Assembly: GCA_036172245.1 (NCBI GenBank)
Contig: JAYWIR010000001.1
Coordinates: 2,356,001 to 2,420,000 of the forward strand
Source: Raillietiella orientalis
Taxonomy: Eukaryota
Length of the DNA: 64,000 bases
Direction of reading: 5' to 3'
The first letter of the stretch is position 1. Every line of letters begins with the position of its first letter. Positions 62,171-64,000 of the stretch are shown piece by piece. Under the pieces are notes generated by a model. It was not told where the DNA came from. It worked only from the letters and a program-made list of their open reading frames with translations, and made no database searches. The translations under genes were made by a program, and so were the position numbers.

Positions 62171-63149
62171 ATCCTTCGTGCGAAATATTCATTGTTTCTT
62201 CTCATTTAGATGTGCACCACCAAATACAGTATCTGCAGATCACAGAAACAGATATCGAAACGTGAAGTTTCCTGCAATCACAATGCTCTGTTTCTTCATA
62301 TCGGAAGCATATGGGCTCCCGGATGAAAAGCGATTCCTTGTTTTTCCTACTTTCAAACATGACATCACCATGAAAAGCATAGTGCTAATGCCTGCTTTTG
62401 AAGGAGCACATCCTTGTGTCCAGTAGCATTTCTTTCATCCATCGAATTCTGATTTCTGGTCTAGACCGACGTACAGTGGGTGGACAAAACAGCAGCTTCA
62501 CCGAAACGGAAGCAGTGCACTAGAGTTTTCAAACACAGAGGTTTGTTGCTCGGTTTTGTAGCATCCGCAAATCTTGAATATCGTTTATAAATTATCATCG
62601 TTTCTTAGCAAGAAAGAGGAATGCATTCCTATTAACCACAAAGATTAGCGAACAGCTTCCATGCCCTGGCTGCTAATTCAACACAAGCACCTCACTGAAG
62701 TCGTACACGGAGCGCAAGCTTGTCTGTCGGTGCTTTCCTTATTTTCATCCTCTGAAAACAACATGAACCAACTTCCAGCGTGGTCTTAAACAGAGGTCCT
62801 GATTGGAAGAGATCCTCTTGTCAACAACCACCATGTTTTGTTACTGCACCAACAGCGTATAGAATTCTGGCATTGTATTTCTAGATACATCGATTCTACT
62901 GCACACTTGTTAAAGGGAATCCAATAGTCTGGAACGTTAAGGCCATGACTGAAATCTGTGGCGCACTTAATGGCATTCTTTTCACTTTGGCGCGAATCTG
63001 ATGAAAGGTAAAGAAGCTCCTGGTGCACGCTCCGAACGAATTTCTTTTCAATGAGTGCTGCAATTGAAATAGGAATGGGGGAGGGGGGAGTGCGTATCCA
63101 ACGTGAAGATTTGGAGCAAATCAGAGTGTTTGGAATTTTTTTCTGGCTT

Positions 63150-64000
63150 TTGCGAGCATGCTTGAAAACGTAGATGAGGATAAGTTAGGACAAGATTGGA
63201 CTTAAACCACACTTCCAAGTGCCACATGCATCCTCGGATAGAACGTTCGTGGAAAGAACGACGCTTCTAACAGCGGTAGCAGTTGAGGTCACATTCAGTG
63301 CATGGAATGGAAGATGCCATGTAGGTGGCTACCTCCTTCCGGTCAGCCCGCATCCGTCTCCTGCCGAGATGCAAGTGCCATCAACAACCAATGTCCGATC
63401 ACCTTCGGGAGTCGTGGCGCTTGCGAAACTGCAGGTCATACCGTTGGACTGTCGCGGGCACAGGTGAGCTTTATACCGTTGATGATTGGGGCCGCTGCCA
63501 TGGAAGTCTTGCTCAGTACGAGAAAAGATTGCAGGTTGGGACATTTTGTACCCGCCTTCTCGGTCAAACGGTCAGCGGAGAGAAGTCTCCATCTTCCGCA
63601 GGTGTGCCCGAATGTGCCTCCCAGGAAGAGTGCGTCCTCGTCGAGAGCAGCGGTACCTTCGCACCCTCAGGCGTCGTACGGGCAGGTCAGGCGTGCTAGG
63701 GCGTTTCTTTCTTTCGTCCTTCCAGGATACCCCATAGCTCCAACTAGCGAAAACCCGGTGTCCCTTTGGGCAGCGCGCAGAACGTCCTCACGAAGCAACT
63801 CAGCCCATGGACGCGTGCGCGTTTCCTCCAGAGCAATCCGGCGCGCCATCGAGCATCTTGTGTGGCGAACAAGGTGTAGAATTGTGCATGCGTGCAACCG
63901 GGGTGCGTTACTTAGAGGAGCAGCTGCCACACTGTGGTGCATCGACGCTAAGTCCTTCTGGTCGAGGATTTGTGAGAAAACTTCCGGTCATGCGCTCAAG
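63150..64000 (-). mobile_element. Possible more diverged LINE ORF2 fragment running off the window end
   Basis: Minus-strand peptides LERM... and IALEETRTRPWAEL resemble the post-RT region of elements A and B (LERM; WLEETTGTWAKI). Weak similarity only. Confidence 0.35.

Overview
Eukaryotic (animal, probably arthropod; this is inference) genomic DNA with very short introns (43-56 nt). Two intact AT-rich, CpG-poor genes can be fully spliced by eye: Bax inhibitor-1/TMBIM6 (minus, 6 exons, 245 aa) and a conserved F-box/LRR protein (plus, 8 coding exons, 527 aa). There is also a GC-rich, multi-exon divergent ionotropic receptor (IR/iGluR family, plus) whose S1 exon carries apparent frameshifts, a possible MSP-domain gene, and decayed ankyrin, RING and NACHT-like fragments. 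The GC-rich parts (about 1-20 kb and 55-64 kb) are dominated by one L1/Tx1-like non-LTR retrotransposon family with at least 9 fragments. These include a nested stack at 5.6-12.5 kb with exact 11-14 bp target-site duplications (TSDs). The most unusual signal is this family's RNA architecture. The 3' end has two stem-loops conserved in structure but not in sequence, an AATAAA, and no poly(A) tail. A 5'-UTR-homologous segment carries C(UUCG)G hairpins and, at 18.8-19.4 kb, is joined to two tandem tRNA-like heads. Two copies of a pogo/Tigger-like MITE are also present. Most ORFs in the supplied track are spurious. All family assignments come from motif recognition by eye, not database searches.
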